DNA of 61,456 nt from a bacterium (GCA_021831595.1 JAKBMK010000022.1:1-61456), one strand, 5' to 3'. Shown: positions 1 to 10,468, counted from the first letter of the stretch. Program-made: numbers and translations. Notes: a model not told the origin generated them from the sequence alone.

Positions 1-1090
1 CAGCTTCATTTACTTCACGAGAATAAAACTTTCCTAATGTTTTAAGTATACTACCGAGTGACCCAGTCTCTTCCCCAACGTGAATCATACCAGCCATAAT
101 AGGTGGAATCTCTGGATGCATTGAAAAAGATTCTGACAAAGAACTACCACTCTTTATCTTTTCTGAAGCATCTTTTAATAAATCTTCAAAAACTCTATTT
201 CCAACAACAACGGAAGTGAGCTCAATAGCACGAACAATCGTAATACCCGAAGATAACATTGTGTCCATGTTGTCGGCAATTCTAGATAAATAAAGCTTTA
301 TATAAATATTTTTAAAGACAGGGATAGAGATTTTCAATCTATCAAGATAAACTTTTCCAGAAGTAGTCTTGGATAGTCTTATGATATACATAACAAACAA
401 AGCCAAACCTATCACAATAAATATTCCATAATGTACCATTAGATCACTTAAGCCAAAGACTATCTTCGTTATGAGTGGGATTGCTTGTCCTGATTCTTTG
501 ATAATAACTGAAAGTCTAGGAACAATAAAAACGAACATCATAATCATAACAATGAGGAATACTCCAATGACAAACCCTGGATAGATAAGAGCATTTTTAG
601 TTTTTGATGTTAACTGATATTGACGATCAAGATAATCTGCTAGATATGAAAATGTCTGTGTAAGTTTACCAGATTCCTCTCCAGCCTTGACCATATTCAC
701 ATAAAAGATAGAGAAAACCTCCGGATGACGCGACAAAGATTCTGATATAGAAACTCCAGACTCTATGTCAGAACAAATAACGTTCAATACTTTCACAAGA
801 GTTGGATTCTCTGTATTCGAAGCAAGAAGATTGAAAGCTTTCAAAGCAGAGACTTGGGCTTCAAACAGAGTAGAAATCTGCCTGGACATGATAACAATAT
901 CCTTCATCTTTATCCCCTTTTCAAACATGGATAATTTAAAAATCCCTTTGTTCTCTTGCTCTTCTTTTATAGAGGAGACTATCAAACCTCTTCTCTGCAA
1001 TGCAGAAATAGCTGAATCTTTGGATGAAGCTTCTATAGATCCATTCTTCTTTTCCCCTGTATTTGTTATTGTTTCGTATTTAAATAACAT
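1..1090 (-). CDS. pilC: type IV pilus platform protein PilC / GspF family (C-terminus cut by window edge)
   Basis: Absent from the ORF track because it runs off the window. My minus-strand translation from the ATG at 1090 gives MLFKYETITNTGEKKNGSIEASSKDSAISALQRRGLIV... and later ...HPEIPPIMAGMIHVGEETGSLGSILKTLGKFYSREV. This is the duplicated GspF-domain pattern. It lies directly downstream of pilT. Confidence 0.85.
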   Translation of the reverse strand, partial: MLFKYETITNTGEKKNGSIEASSKDSAISALQRRGLIVSSIKEEQENKGIFKLSMFEKGIKMKDIVIMSRQISTLFEAQVSALKAFNLLASNTENPTLVKVLNVICSDIESGVSISESLSRHPEVFSIFYVNMVKAGEESGKLTQTFSYLADYLDRQYQLTSKTKNALIYPGFVIGVFLIVMIMMFVFIVPRLSVIIKESGQAIPLITKIVFGLSDLMVHYGIFIVIGLALFVMYIIRLSKTTSGKVYLDRLKISIPVFKNIYIKLYLSRIADNMDTMLSSGITIVRAIELTSVVVGNRVFEDLLKDASEKIKSGSSLSESFSMHPEIPPIMAGMIHVGEETGSLGSILKTLGKFYSREVNEA

Positions 1091-1095
1091 AAATT

Positions 1096-2154
1096 TTAAA
1101 GCATACGCTCAAGAGCAAGTGGATTAAATGAATATTGATATGCACTTTCAAGAGAAATCTCGCCTTTAGCTACCAGCTCGACTAAATATCTATTCATATC
1201 TATCATTCCCTGTTCTGAAGATGTCTCTATGACAGTATTTATCTCGTGGGTTCTTTTCTCTCGAATAAGATTAGAAACAGCATTATTGTTTATAAGTAAT
1301 TCAAATGCAGGAATTCTACCGCCGGTAATACGAGGAATGAGACGCTGAGAGAGAATACCAACCAAACTTGAAGCAAGCTGTAATCTTATCTGATCCTGCT
1401 GAGCTGCTGGGAATGAGTCGATAATACGATCAATCGTTTGTGGAGCATTGTTGGTATGAAGGGTTGAGAAGACAAGGTGCCCCGTCTCAGCTGCAGTAAC
1501 CGCTGCAGAAATAGTCTCGTTGTTGCGCATTTCACCAATCAAAATAACATTCACATCTTCACGAAAAGCCGCTTTAAGTGCTATAGGGAAATCTGCTGTA
1601 TCTAGGCCTATCTCGCGCTGGTCAACTATTGATCTATCTTGAGCATAGACATGTTCAATAGGATCTTCAATAGTAATAATATGAGTCGTACTTTCTTTGT
1701 TGATATAATTGATCATTGTCGATAGAGTTGTAGACTTACCTTGACCAACAGGACCGACAACCAGGAAGAATCCCTGTTTTTTCAAAGCGAAAGTTTTAAG
1801 GATTGCAGGCAAATTAAGTTCTTCAAAACTTTTTGCACGAGGAACTAAACGTAGTGCGATACAAATACCTCCTCTCTGGAAGAAAGCATTACCACGCAAG
1901 TGAGTAGTGCCCTTGTAAGAATAAGAAAAGTCTATTTCTTTCTCTACTAGAAACTTGGCAGTCTTCTCTTTGCCAAGAAAAACGGTTAAGAGATCCATCA
2001 TGTCCTCCTTTTTTAAAGTTTCTTTATTTGAAAGAAAAATAAGTTCTCCGTTGATGCGAACAGCTGGCTTCCTCCCTTCTCCTAAATGTAAATCTGATCC
2101 ATCCTCATGAATCAAACTTGTTAATATTTCATCTATATATTTAGAATAGTCCAT
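1096..2154 (-). CDS. pilT: twitching-motility ATPase PilT
   Basis: 352 aa. Walker A GPVGQGKST, IITIEDPIE, LIGEMRN and TGHLVFSTLHTN motifs. The size and lack of an N-terminal domain are typical of PilT. Confidence 0.9.
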   Translation of the reverse strand: MDYSKYIDEILTSLIHEDGSDLHLGEGRKPAVRINGELIFLSNKETLKKEDMMDLLTVFLGKEKTAKFLVEKEIDFSYSYKGTTHLRGNAFFQRGGICIALRLVPRAKSFEELNLPAILKTFALKKQGFFLVVGPVGQGKSTTLSTMINYINKESTTHIITIEDPIEHVYAQDRSIVDQREIGLDTADFPIALKAAFREDVNVILIGEMRNNETISAAVTAAETGHLVFSTLHTNNAPQTIDRIIDSFPAAQQDQIRLQLASSLVGILSQRLIPRITGGRIPAFELLINNNAVSNLIREKRTHEINTVIETSSEQGMIDMNRYLVELVAKGEISLESAYQYSFNPLALERML

Positions 2155-2162
2155 TTTGTAGT

Positions 2163-2546
2163 TTATTTCTTACTAATAATTTCGTTTACTTTCTCTATTA
2201 CTTCAGAAGGAGTACTGGAAGCTTTTACTATATACCCTACCGCTCCTAATGCTTCACCACGGGCAATATCTGAGGGCTGTCCGCGATTGGAAAGAATAAT
2301 TTTGATAGCAGTTTCTCCTAATTTCTCTTCTTTCATTTTTTCTAGCATTTCAAAACCATCCATTACTGGCATAACAATATCTAACAGCATAATATCAGGC
2401 ACATATCCCCCTCGAAGTTTCTCTAATGCAATCTCAGGACCTAATGCTGTTGAAACAGCAAATCCAGATTTACTGAATTTAAGGGCATACATATCCAAAA
2501 GGAAATTATCGTCGTCAATAATAAAAATTTTTTTATTTGATTCCAT
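2163..2546 (-). CDS. stand-alone response-regulator receiver (CheY-like)
   Basis: 127 aa. IIDDD acidic pocket, MLLDIVMP phospho-acceptor Asp and a conserved Lys (YIVKA). No output domain. Confidence 0.85.
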   Translation of the reverse strand: MESNKKIFIIDDDNFLLDMYALKFSKSGFAVSTALGPEIALEKLRGGYVPDIMLLDIVMPVMDGFEMLEKMKEEKLGETAIKIILSNRGQPSDIARGEALGAVGYIVKASSTPSEVIEKVNEIISKK

Positions 2547-2599
2547 ACTTATTTATTATAATACAATTTTGAAACTTCTCCTACCCCTAATATCAGCAA

Positions 2600-4324
2600 T
2601 TAAAAATTGTATATTTCTTGGAATGGAATAAGACCATCCATACTTTTAATTATAGCGTCTTCGCGCATTGTTATCATACCTCGAGATCTAGCTAACTTAA
2701 ATATTTCAGCTTCTTGTGGCCTTTTAAGTATTATATCCTGCATTTCTCTGTCTATTTTAAACATTTCATAAACAGGTACACGTCCAAGCATTCCAGATGG
2801 ACACTCTGGAGAAGATATAGCCTCATAGACGAAATCTTTATTTATATTGAGTTTTGATTTAAATTCATCTGGTAAACCAATAAAATGTTTCTCGAGCATG
2901 GCTTTTGTGGCACCTTCAATAGGAACTTTCTGTTTAGAATTTGGATGTATTTTACGAGCCAAACGTTGAGCAATACTTAGAACTAGTGTAGGAGCAATAA
3001 GGTAAGGATCGATACCCATATCTATAAGACGAGGAATTGCTCCAACAGCACTATTGGTGTGAAGTGTTGAGAACACAAGGTGACCAGTAAGAGCTGCCTG
3101 AATAGCGAGCTCGGCTGTCTCTTTATCACGAATCTCTCCTACGAATATTATATTTGGGTCTTGTCTTAAAATAGAACGAAGTCCTGAAGCAAATGTATAC
3201 CCTATCTCTGGTGCAACTTGAGACTGATTAATTCCATCTATATGATACTCAACTGGATCTTCGAGAGAAACAATGTTCTCTTTTTCATGATCGAGTTCAT
3301 TTAACATAGAGTAAAGAGATGTCGTCTTACCGGAACCTGTAGGACCCGTGATAAGTATAAGACCATAAGGGCGATTTATCGCTTCTCTCACAAGTGCTAT
3401 GTTCTCAGGAGACATATTCAAATCATCTAATGGCTTCACCCCTCTCTGAGAGTCCAAAATACGCATAACTATCTTCTCTCCATAATACGCTGGCATAGTA
3501 GAGACACGATAGTCGATCTTGCGTCCTTCAATCTTGGCAGAGAAACCTCCATCCTGTGGCTTTCTCTTTTCGTCTAGGCGAAGTTTGGAAAGAATCTTAA
3601 TACGAGCAACAACACCATTGTAGACAGCTATAGGCAAAATGAGAGATGTATGCAAAACTCCATCTACTCGAAAACGAACCTTTATTTTGTCCCCAGAATT
3701 CTCTATATGAATATCAGAAGCATTCCCTTCAACCGCGTGTCGCAATATAACAGCAACAATCTTGATAATAGGAGCATCTTCTGTTATTTTCTCTTCCTCT
3801 CTCCCCTTTCCATCCTTTTTGTCATCTTTATTTGCTTCGTCTACGTTAAAAGTAACATCTTGATCGAGCTCTGAAAGAGCTGAATCAACTTCACTACTCA
3901 ACACATCATATTTGCCAAGCAAATTGTTAAAAGTACTTTTGGCAATCAAATACAGCTTAAATGGTTTATTTAGTTTGGCGGTTATGAAGGTAAGGACATC
4001 TATGGCCTGAACATTTTCTGGATCAACAATTCCTATTTCTATTACATCATTAACTACTCCGATAGCTAAAAATTGATATTGTTTAGCTGTTTCTTCTGGA
4101 ATTATTTTAAGAATTGTAGAAGTCACAAGACTTGGATCTACTTTCTTAACAGGAATGTTAAAAATAGTTGATTTTAAATCAAGAATCACCTCTTCTTTAA
4201 CATTAAAAACAAGAAGAGCCTGGTCTATATCACCATTGTATTTATCTTCTGCTGTTTTAACGATTTCAGGAACTTGGTCTTCTCTTATAAGACCATGTTT
4301 TACTAATTCTTCTAATAGCATCAT
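2600..4324 (-). CDS. pilB: type IV pilus assembly ATPase PilB / GspE family
   Basis: 574 aa. Has an N-terminal T2SE_N-like domain, Walker A GPTGSGKTT, VGEIRD and TGHLVFSTLHTN. Confidence 0.9.
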   Translation of the reverse strand: MMLLEELVKHGLIREDQVPEIVKTAEDKYNGDIDQALLVFNVKEEVILDLKSTIFNIPVKKVDPSLVTSTILKIIPEETAKQYQFLAIGVVNDVIEIGIVDPENVQAIDVLTFITAKLNKPFKLYLIAKSTFNNLLGKYDVLSSEVDSALSELDQDVTFNVDEANKDDKKDGKGREEEKITEDAPIIKIVAVILRHAVEGNASDIHIENSGDKIKVRFRVDGVLHTSLILPIAVYNGVVARIKILSKLRLDEKRKPQDGGFSAKIEGRKIDYRVSTMPAYYGEKIVMRILDSQRGVKPLDDLNMSPENIALVREAINRPYGLILITGPTGSGKTTSLYSMLNELDHEKENIVSLEDPVEYHIDGINQSQVAPEIGYTFASGLRSILRQDPNIIFVGEIRDKETAELAIQAALTGHLVFSTLHTNSAVGAIPRLIDMGIDPYLIAPTLVLSIAQRLARKIHPNSKQKVPIEGATKAMLEKHFIGLPDEFKSKLNINKDFVYEAISSPECPSGMLGRVPVYEMFKIDREMQDIILKRPQEAEIFKLARSRGMITMREDAIIKSMDGLIPFQEIYNF

Positions 4325-4326
4325 AA

Positions 4327-4968
4327 TTAATTTGTGTTAAACGAAATTAAATCACCGAACACCATTGATCCATTTACATTGGCAGCTGCTCGATAGAAAT
4401 ATGTCGTCTTTGAAGTTAGGTTCGGTATAGCAGAAGCAAAACTACCTACTAGAGATGCTGTCGTCTTGGGAGTAGCTTTCCCTAAATCCTGGGTAGTACC
4501 ATATTCAAAATATATATTATTAGAAGTTGCTCCATTTTCTAAAGTACCATTTAAAACAGCTGATTTGTTCGTAACATTAGAAGGAGCTTTCGTTATGATA
4601 AATATGGTTGCCTTGTTGGTAACAGCAGGTTTATCTGTTGGAGAGAATGGGTTTTCTCGCCCATAAGGAGCCTGCTCTAATGAAGGCTTATTATTAACTA
4701 GCAAATTAAAAGATTTATCTTTAAATATATCTGCATCTATCTTTATGTTCGTCAACGTCCTTAGGTTCATGAGGAAGGCTGTATCTTCTGCAGCTTTTTG
4801 GCTTATAGTTGTAGCTTCAGTTGGAGCAGATGTAGTAAGAGATGAGGTTAAAGAGCTATCAGCGGAAGAAGCTTCTTTTACAAAACTATTATAAAAATAA
4901 GAATAAGCTCCGAGAATGAAAACTAGGACAAAGGATATTATTAAAAATTTATTATATTTCCTGTGCAT
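4327..4968 (-). CDS. membrane-anchored hypothetical protein with C-terminal Fn3-like beta domain
   Basis: 213 aa. N-terminal TM helix, Ser/Thr-rich linker, and a C-terminal VLNGTL...YFEYGTT...YFYRA pattern. Located inside the pilus operon. Confidence 0.4.
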   Translation of the reverse strand: MHRKYNKFLIISFVLVFILGAYSYFYNSFVKEASSADSSLTSSLTTSAPTEATTISQKAAEDTAFLMNLRTLTNIKIDADIFKDKSFNLLVNNKPSLEQAPYGRENPFSPTDKPAVTNKATIFIITKAPSNVTNKSAVLNGTLENGATSNNIYFEYGTTQDLGKATPKTTASLVGSFASAIPNLTSKTTYFYRAAANVNGSMVFGDLISFNTN

Positions 4969-4970
4969 AA

Positions 4971-5564
4971 TTATTTAAGCCAATAAGTTTCTACTTTAAC
5001 AACGTAACGATATACATTTGAATCCAGACCATCCACAGGCTTACCTCCTGTGTCTTCTGGGACAGTGAAAGAAATTGATTTAACGTCTACCAGTCTTAAA
5101 TTATACTCTAAATCTTTCAAGAAACGAAGGAATTGATCATAAGTTCCTTCTGTTGTAAAACCTAGAGGAAATACACTATATTTGCGTGAATCTGAAGCAG
5201 TTTCTGAAGTGACAGTATTCCCACTTTGCGTAGGATCGATTTTCTTGATAGTTTCAAACTTAATATCTTTTATTGGCATACCCTGAAGACTGGCAATGCG
5301 CTCAATCTCAAGAATAAATTCTATGTTATTAACAGAACTTGGAAGAAAATCTTCCAAACGATCTTTGTCGGCTTGAGAAATTTCATTGTACTGTTTCAAA
5401 AGATCGTCTTGTGTCTTCTGAAGACTGGTGGAATTATTCAAGGCTTCATTGTAGACATTAATCTCAGACCTCAAATCAGAGACATCTTTATACCAAGGAT
5501 TAACCCCAAAAATAAATGTGAGGACCGATGCAAGTATTAAGATTATTGGTAAAAGAAGTCTCAT
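4971..5564 (-). CDS. PilO-like pilus assembly protein (by position and topology)
   Basis: 197 aa. Single N-terminal TM helix, then a coiled coil and an alpha/beta domain. It is the third gene after pilM. Confidence 0.45.
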   Translation of the reverse strand: MRLLLPIILILASVLTFIFGVNPWYKDVSDLRSEINVYNEALNNSTSLQKTQDDLLKQYNEISQADKDRLEDFLPSSVNNIEFILEIERIASLQGMPIKDIKFETIKKIDPTQSGNTVTSETASDSRKYSVFPLGFTTEGTYDQFLRFLKDLEYNLRLVDVKSISFTVPEDTGGKPVDGLDSNVYRYVVKVETYWLK

Positions 5565-5566
5565 AA

Positions 5567-6349
5567 TTATTGATTATTATTTGTTGTAGGTATAACCTTT
5601 TGATTAACAACATTATTAACCTTGTTAATATCTATTGTGGGAGTTTGGGTGGTAGGTGTAACTGTCGTATCAGGAGTCTCGGTTATTGCCTGGGGAGCCA
5701 CCTCTGGAGCATTGTTTATTGTGGTATTTGAATCTGTGTTAGCTTTTGCATTTGAGACGTTGTCTGTATAAGAGAGAAGATTCGAATCAACAGTAAATTC
5801 TAAATCAAAAGTAACAAAATTATTCTTATTCTTTGTTAGATTAGAAAAGATTACATCTTTAAACATTTTTCCCTTAGGTGAATTAAACACTTCTGCTTGC
5901 AAAGCGATAGATTTATAATCACGAGCAACGCCTGACATTTTCACAGAAAAAACATCTTTGATAGTGGTATGTTCAAATTTATTAAACTGAATAGACTTGA
6001 GGGTCAAACTGTTTAAGGTTTCAAATAAAGGAGATAGTATTTTGTGTCCCTCTAGAACTTCCTTTGCTACACCGGTACGCTTGTCATACAACTCCAGCTC
6101 TGCGATAGTATCCTTTTCAAAACTTCCACGTATTTTTGACAAGTTAGCAGATAATTCTTCTTTGTTTTTTATAAGATAATAATTCTTGTAAACATAAAGA
6201 CCTGCTGCTCCAACAATCATAGTAATGAAAACGAAAACTGCGACAACCATAAACAGATTAGTTCCGCTTGAACTAGTAGTACTTGCAGGTGTATTCCCTG
6301 CTAGAATAGGCTTCTTTGGTATAAATGATGTTTGAAATGAATTCTCCAT
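5567..6349 (-). CDS. PilN-like pilus assembly protein (by position and topology)
   Basis: 260 aa. Short cytoplasmic N-terminus, one TM helix and a Thr/Pro/Asn-rich tail. Lies immediately downstream of pilM. Confidence 0.45.
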   Translation of the reverse strand: MENSFQTSFIPKKPILAGNTPASTTSSSGTNLFMVVAVFVFITMIVGAAGLYVYKNYYLIKNKEELSANLSKIRGSFEKDTIAELELYDKRTGVAKEVLEGHKILSPLFETLNSLTLKSIQFNKFEHTTIKDVFSVKMSGVARDYKSIALQAEVFNSPKGKMFKDVIFSNLTKNKNNFVTFDLEFTVDSNLLSYTDNVSNAKANTDSNTTINNAPEVAPQAITETPDTTVTPTTQTPTIDINKVNNVVNQKVIPTTNNNQ

Positions 6350-6356
6350 AATTTAA

Positions 6357-7505
6357 TTATAAAAATTGTCGCAAAGCTAGTCCAACCGCTACACTGAACT
6401 CTGGTCCACTAATCTCTAAGATAGGTGCGAGGAATGCTGGGGCTTCAGTTTTAAAGAATGGATTACTGTATAATACCTCTGTGTGAAAATTTTCTGCTGC
6501 TTTTTCTTTCAAGCCTTTGATGAGAGAACCACCTCCAGTTAAAATTACTTTACTTACATTCTTATTATACTTCTTCTGATACGCAAACACAACACCATTT
6601 GTATCAGATAAAATATATTCCACGGACAATCGAACAATATCTGCAACTTCTGGATTACTATTTAGATCAAGTCCGACATTTCTCTTCAATTTTTCTGCTT
6701 CGGTAAAAGAAATACCGAGAGATGATGCTATATTCTTCGTAATGTCAGCACTTCCTCTGTTCACAACGTGGAATACGTGGACTACTCCCTCTTCTATTAT
6801 AGAGAGCTTGGTTTTCGAAGCTCCAAAATCCATGAGTAATACTGGAGCTAAATCGTGAGAAAGAGAAGATCTAATATTACTAAAAATTTCCATCTCAAAA
6901 GAATCAGATTTTAATTCTGTCTTCTTTAAAATCTCTTGATAGCGAGTAAGAATGTCATTGTGGATAGCAACAACAAGAACTTCTGTCTTGTTTTCTGGAA
7001 CAGTAGATTTTGCTGCGGGATTCATGACATTGTTTTCAGAGGATTCTACTTCTCTTGGAAGCACAAACCAATCGAGGGTAACTTCAGTAATAGGAACAGG
7101 AATATATTTACGAGCTTCTAGAGGGATAACACTATCGAACTTGTCTTCTGTAATTTTATCAGGCAAGGTCATTGTAAAAATCAAACTAGAAGAGGAAGGA
7201 ATTGCAATAATACCAGACTTGATAGTAACATTGGATTCTCTCATGACATCAATAAGGGCCTTGACCACATCATCAGTTTGAAGATTGGTAATAGAACCTA
7301 TATCACTATTCCCGTATGGACCAAGTGAAATAGCACCGTAAGTTTCGAGTACAGCCTTCCCTGCCTTCTTTTTAAGCTGAACAACTTTGATAGCAGAAGA
7401 ACCAATATCAACACCAAGGACACTATCACCAGATTTGTCTTTACTGAAAATATCCGTAAGACTAGAAAGCCCTGTTGAAATTATACTTTTAAGTGAATTA
7501 TCCAT
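6357..7505 (-). CDS. pilM: type IV pilus assembly protein PilM (actin-like ATPase fold)
   Basis: 382 aa. GVDIGSSAIKVV phosphate-1 motif, DFGASKT and LTGGGS motifs. Confidence 0.8.
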   Translation of the reverse strand: MDNSLKSIISTGLSSLTDIFSKDKSGDSVLGVDIGSSAIKVVQLKKKAGKAVLETYGAISLGPYGNSDIGSITNLQTDDVVKALIDVMRESNVTIKSGIIAIPSSSSLIFTMTLPDKITEDKFDSVIPLEARKYIPVPITEVTLDWFVLPREVESSENNVMNPAAKSTVPENKTEVLVVAIHNDILTRYQEILKKTELKSDSFEMEIFSNIRSSLSHDLAPVLLMDFGASKTKLSIIEEGVVHVFHVVNRGSADITKNIASSLGISFTEAEKLKRNVGLDLNSNPEVADIVRLSVEYILSDTNGVVFAYQKKYNKNVSKVILTGGGSLIKGLKEKAAENFHTEVLYSNPFFKTEAPAFLAPILEISGPEFSVAVGLALRQFL

Positions 7506-7548
7506 ATTGCTACTTTCTAGTATAACATATATATAGTAAAATTAAGAA

Positions 7549-8220
7549 GTGGAAAAGGCTATTTATAACATAAAGTCTTTAATTAATTCCCTACTCAGTC
7601 TGTTATTCCCTTCAAAATGCCTCGGATGTGAAAAACGAGGAATTATTTTATGTGAAAGTTGTATAGATAATTTTAAATTGGCAGAGAGACCGACAGAAGA
7701 GAGAATACTTTCTCTATATGACTATCGAGACCCTATCGTCAAAAAAGCCATATGGCAGCTCAAATATTATCATTCTCCATACTTAGGAAGAGTATTAGGT
7801 AAATTGATTTATGATTCATTCTTGGAAGAAATAAATTCATTGCAAATGTTTTCGGCTGGGTCCCCTATCCTTGTTGTCCCCGTACCCATATCACACAGTA
7901 AAAACAAAAAGAGAGGATACAATCAATCCGAAGTAATTGCAAAAGGCTTCATATCCGCAAATCCAAATATTTTTAAAATAAAAAAAGATATTATTTATAA
8001 AAAGATGAACACCATTCCTCAAGCTCGTATAGAAAACAGATTAAAAAGACTAAAAAATGTTAAAGACTCTTTTATCATAAAAAATAGTGAAGCAATAAAA
8101 AACAAAACTGTCATTGTCATAGACGACGTTACTACCACCGGTGGCACTCTTCTCGAAATAATGAAACTCCTGAAAAAATCAGGGGCAAAGAAAATCGTTG
8201 GTTTTACTATCGCTCACTAG
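7549..8220 (+). CDS. comF: ComF family phosphoribosyltransferase-domain protein
   Basis: 223 aa. N-terminal CxxC...CxxC zinc finger (CLGC...CESC), RGYNQSE and a PRTase loop VIDDVTTTGGT. GTG start 6 nt after a TAAAAT box. Confidence 0.8.
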   Translation: MEKAIYNIKSLINSLLSLLFPSKCLGCEKRGIILCESCIDNFKLAERPTEERILSLYDYRDPIVKKAIWQLKYYHSPYLGRVLGKLIYDSFLEEINSLQMFSAGSPILVVPVPISHSKNKKRGYNQSEVIAKGFISANPNIFKIKKDIIYKKMNTIPQARIENRLKRLKNVKDSFIIKNSEAIKNKTVIVIDDVTTTGGTLLEIMKLLKKSGAKKIVGFTIAH

Positions 8221-8237
8221 TCTGATATTATATAGCC

Positions 8238-9437
8238 ATGCGAGAAACAAAAAAGAAAAAATATTGTGCGGATTGTGGAGGGGCGCAAGTGAATCATGGT
8301 ATGGTTTACTTTTCTTTATGGTTAAGTGAGACGATTGAGCCATGGACAAAATGGATGGATAATATAATCCCTGAGAGAAAACTCGAATGGATAGGACCAA
8401 TACTTGTAAAAGTTCTCACCTTTCTTCATTTGGGCAACGTAACAACAGCTCCTAATGAAAAAGACAGTTATCGTGCGAAAGTTTTATGGGAGGAAGCTAT
8501 CAGGAGAGGTATCGATATGAAAGAATTCCATTTATTTGGAATCGGTAATGATATCTTCATCTCTAGATTTAAAGGAGAAATGCGATTCTTTGACGTTCTT
8601 CCTCGCACGAAGGATTATGATCCAAGAGGACTTGAATGGATGGACAACAAGAATGAAATGAAGAAACATTTCCAAAAAGAAGGAATAAAAGTAGCTGCTG
8701 GAGGCATAGTGAATAGTGAGAAAAAAGCTTTGAAATTATTTAAGACACTAAATGCACCAGTTATCGCCAAGCCAAACTTGGGCTCTCGAAGTCGACATAC
8801 AACTACACACATATCGACAGAAGAAGAAATGAAGCGCGCGTACCACCTCGCTCACCAGCTTGCACCTTGGGTAATGATAGAAGAAGAACTCGAAGGATAT
8901 GTACACAGAGGAACTGTCATTGGAGGAAAATTTATTGCAGCACTTCGTCGAGAGCCAGCTTATGTCATCGGAGATGGAGTCCACAATGTGAAAGATTTAA
9001 TTGAAATAGAAAATAAAAATCCACTTCGCGACAACAAAATGTTCCATCAGCTTGCCCTTGATGAGGAAGCTAGAAAAGAACTCAAACATTGGGGCAAAGA
9101 TGAAAATACAATTCCGAAAGACAAAGAAATTGTGACCCTAGGACAGAAAACTAGCCGTGCGGTCGGAGGTGGTATCACAGATGTGACAGATAAAATGCAC
9201 AAAGATAACATAGAAATGCTCGAGAAAATTGGAAAAGTCCTAAACGATCCTCTCATTGGAGTCGACTTCATTATGAAAGATGTCTCAGTCTCATGGAAAG
9301 ATCAACCAAAGTGTGGAGTCATCGAATGCAACAGTGCTCCTTTCATCGATCTTCATCACTTCCCCCTTGTCGGCAAGCCACACAACGTCGCTGCTGCCCT
9401 CTGGGATATAATTTATCCAGAATCAAAAACACACTAG
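8238..9437 (+). CDS. ATP-grasp domain protein (RimK / cyanophycin-synthetase-like)
   Basis: 399 aa. DNKNEMKKHFQKEGIKVAAG...VIAKPNLGSRSRH...VMIEEELEG...GVIECNSAPF matches ATP-grasp ligase organisation. N-terminal CxxC. Confidence 0.6.
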   Translation: MRETKKKKYCADCGGAQVNHGMVYFSLWLSETIEPWTKWMDNIIPERKLEWIGPILVKVLTFLHLGNVTTAPNEKDSYRAKVLWEEAIRRGIDMKEFHLFGIGNDIFISRFKGEMRFFDVLPRTKDYDPRGLEWMDNKNEMKKHFQKEGIKVAAGGIVNSEKKALKLFKTLNAPVIAKPNLGSRSRHTTTHISTEEEMKRAYHLAHQLAPWVMIEEELEGYVHRGTVIGGKFIAALRREPAYVIGDGVHNVKDLIEIENKNPLRDNKMFHQLALDEEARKELKHWGKDENTIPKDKEIVTLGQKTSRAVGGGITDVTDKMHKDNIEMLEKIGKVLNDPLIGVDFIMKDVSVSWKDQPKCGVIECNSAPFIDLHHFPLVGKPHNVAAALWDIIYPESKTH

Positions 9438-9453
9438 GCCCTGCCTAGTGTGT
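9429..9453. terminator. bidirectional hairpin between convergent genes
   Basis: ACACACTAGG-ccctg-CCTAGTGTGT: 10-bp perfect stem, with an A-run before it and a T-run after it. Confidence 0.7.
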
Positions 9454-9454
9454 T

Positions 9455-10468
9455 TTATAATTTAATCAAAAAATTAGTTTTATCTCCGAGGATTAGAGGG
9501 TCACCTTTACTATCCATCTTCACATTATCTACAACAAAAGCTTCTGTGTCTGTATTCTTGATAATTCTTCTAAGTTCACTATCCCTCTCTATATGTTTTT
9601 TTATTTCTTCTAATTCATTATTATCTTTTAGAACGAGTATGCCTTTTATAAATATTTCTTTCTCGCCATCTCTGTATCTATAACCACTACCGATATCTCC
9701 GGAAAGTGAATCTCCGACTATTACAAGTTTTTCTTTAGAAACTTTTATACCCTTATCTTCAAGTTTTTTAATAAGTTTTGGAATGATTATTTCTTTCCCC
9801 CCTCCAACCATATCTTCATCGGTAGCTATCCCTATAAATAATTCCGATAAACCCAAGTACTTGGAAAGAGTTTCTACAAAGTCACGGCCATTAGCTGTCA
9901 TGCCAAACATAGGGATTCCCATACTTTTATAAAATTTGGCCAAAGCAAAGACTGGTTTTATTTTAGATGTTTCAAATTCTTCTGGAGTATTTTGATAAAG
10001 TTCATCAGCTATTCGTGAGGCAATTACCACATATCTATCAAGATATGTTTTAGCACTACTATGAATATTATTCCCTTCACTATCTATCTCCTTCTTACTA
10101 TAATTCAAACGCTCTTTAACATAGACTTCTGGGTCTATCCACTCTCTAAATCCTAAATTATAAATTCCGTTCATTCGATCAAACTCACGGAAAGAATTCC
10201 CAAGGCGGAAACCTTTGAAGTAAACCTCTTCTATATCTGGAAAATCCTTATCGAATAATTCTCTGAAAAGTGTCCTGATGGCTCTGCCGTGTATACTTTT
10301 CAATTCTGCTAAAGTTTTATCTATATCAAAAAATGCCACAGCCGCTGGCGTGCCGTCTTCTGTGATTGTGATAGGCATCTCCTTGTAACTTCCATCTATA
10401 CATGGAAGTTCGGAGATAACTTTCATAAAAGTTGTATGAATATTATTTGTATTTGTGGTGTCTTCCAT
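9455..10468 (-). CDS. HAD-superfamily hydrolase-like protein
   Basis: 337 aa. FFDIDKTL (motif I, DxDxT) and VGDSLSGDI (motif IV-like). Confidence 0.55.
   Translation of the reverse strand: MEDTTNTNNIHTTFMKVISELPCIDGSYKEMPITITEDGTPAAVAFFDIDKTLAELKSIHGRAIRTLFRELFDKDFPDIEEVYFKGFRLGNSFREFDRMNGIYNLGFREWIDPEVYVKERLNYSKKEIDSEGNNIHSSAKTYLDRYVVIASRIADELYQNTPEEFETSKIKPVFALAKFYKSMGIPMFGMTANGRDFVETLSKYLGLSELFIGIATDEDMVGGGKEIIIPKLIKKLEDKGIKVSKEKLVIVGDSLSGDIGSGYRYRDGEKEIFIKGILVLKDNNELEEIKKHIERDSELRRIIKNTDTEAFVVDNVKMDSKGDPLILGDKTNFLIKL

Noticed and set aside
2287-2631. Plus-strand ORF antisense to the receiver gene. The same class includes 12098-12613, 13013-13297, 26803-27201, 27757-28185, 30548-30973, 31130-31528, 43894-44310, 57915-58505, 24684-25151 and 16785-17153.
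   Set aside because: Each lies fully inside a strongly supported gene on the opposite strand. Each has a low-complexity Ser/Ile/Phe/Leu-rich translation typical of shadow frames in AT-rich DNA, and has no promoter or terminator of its own.
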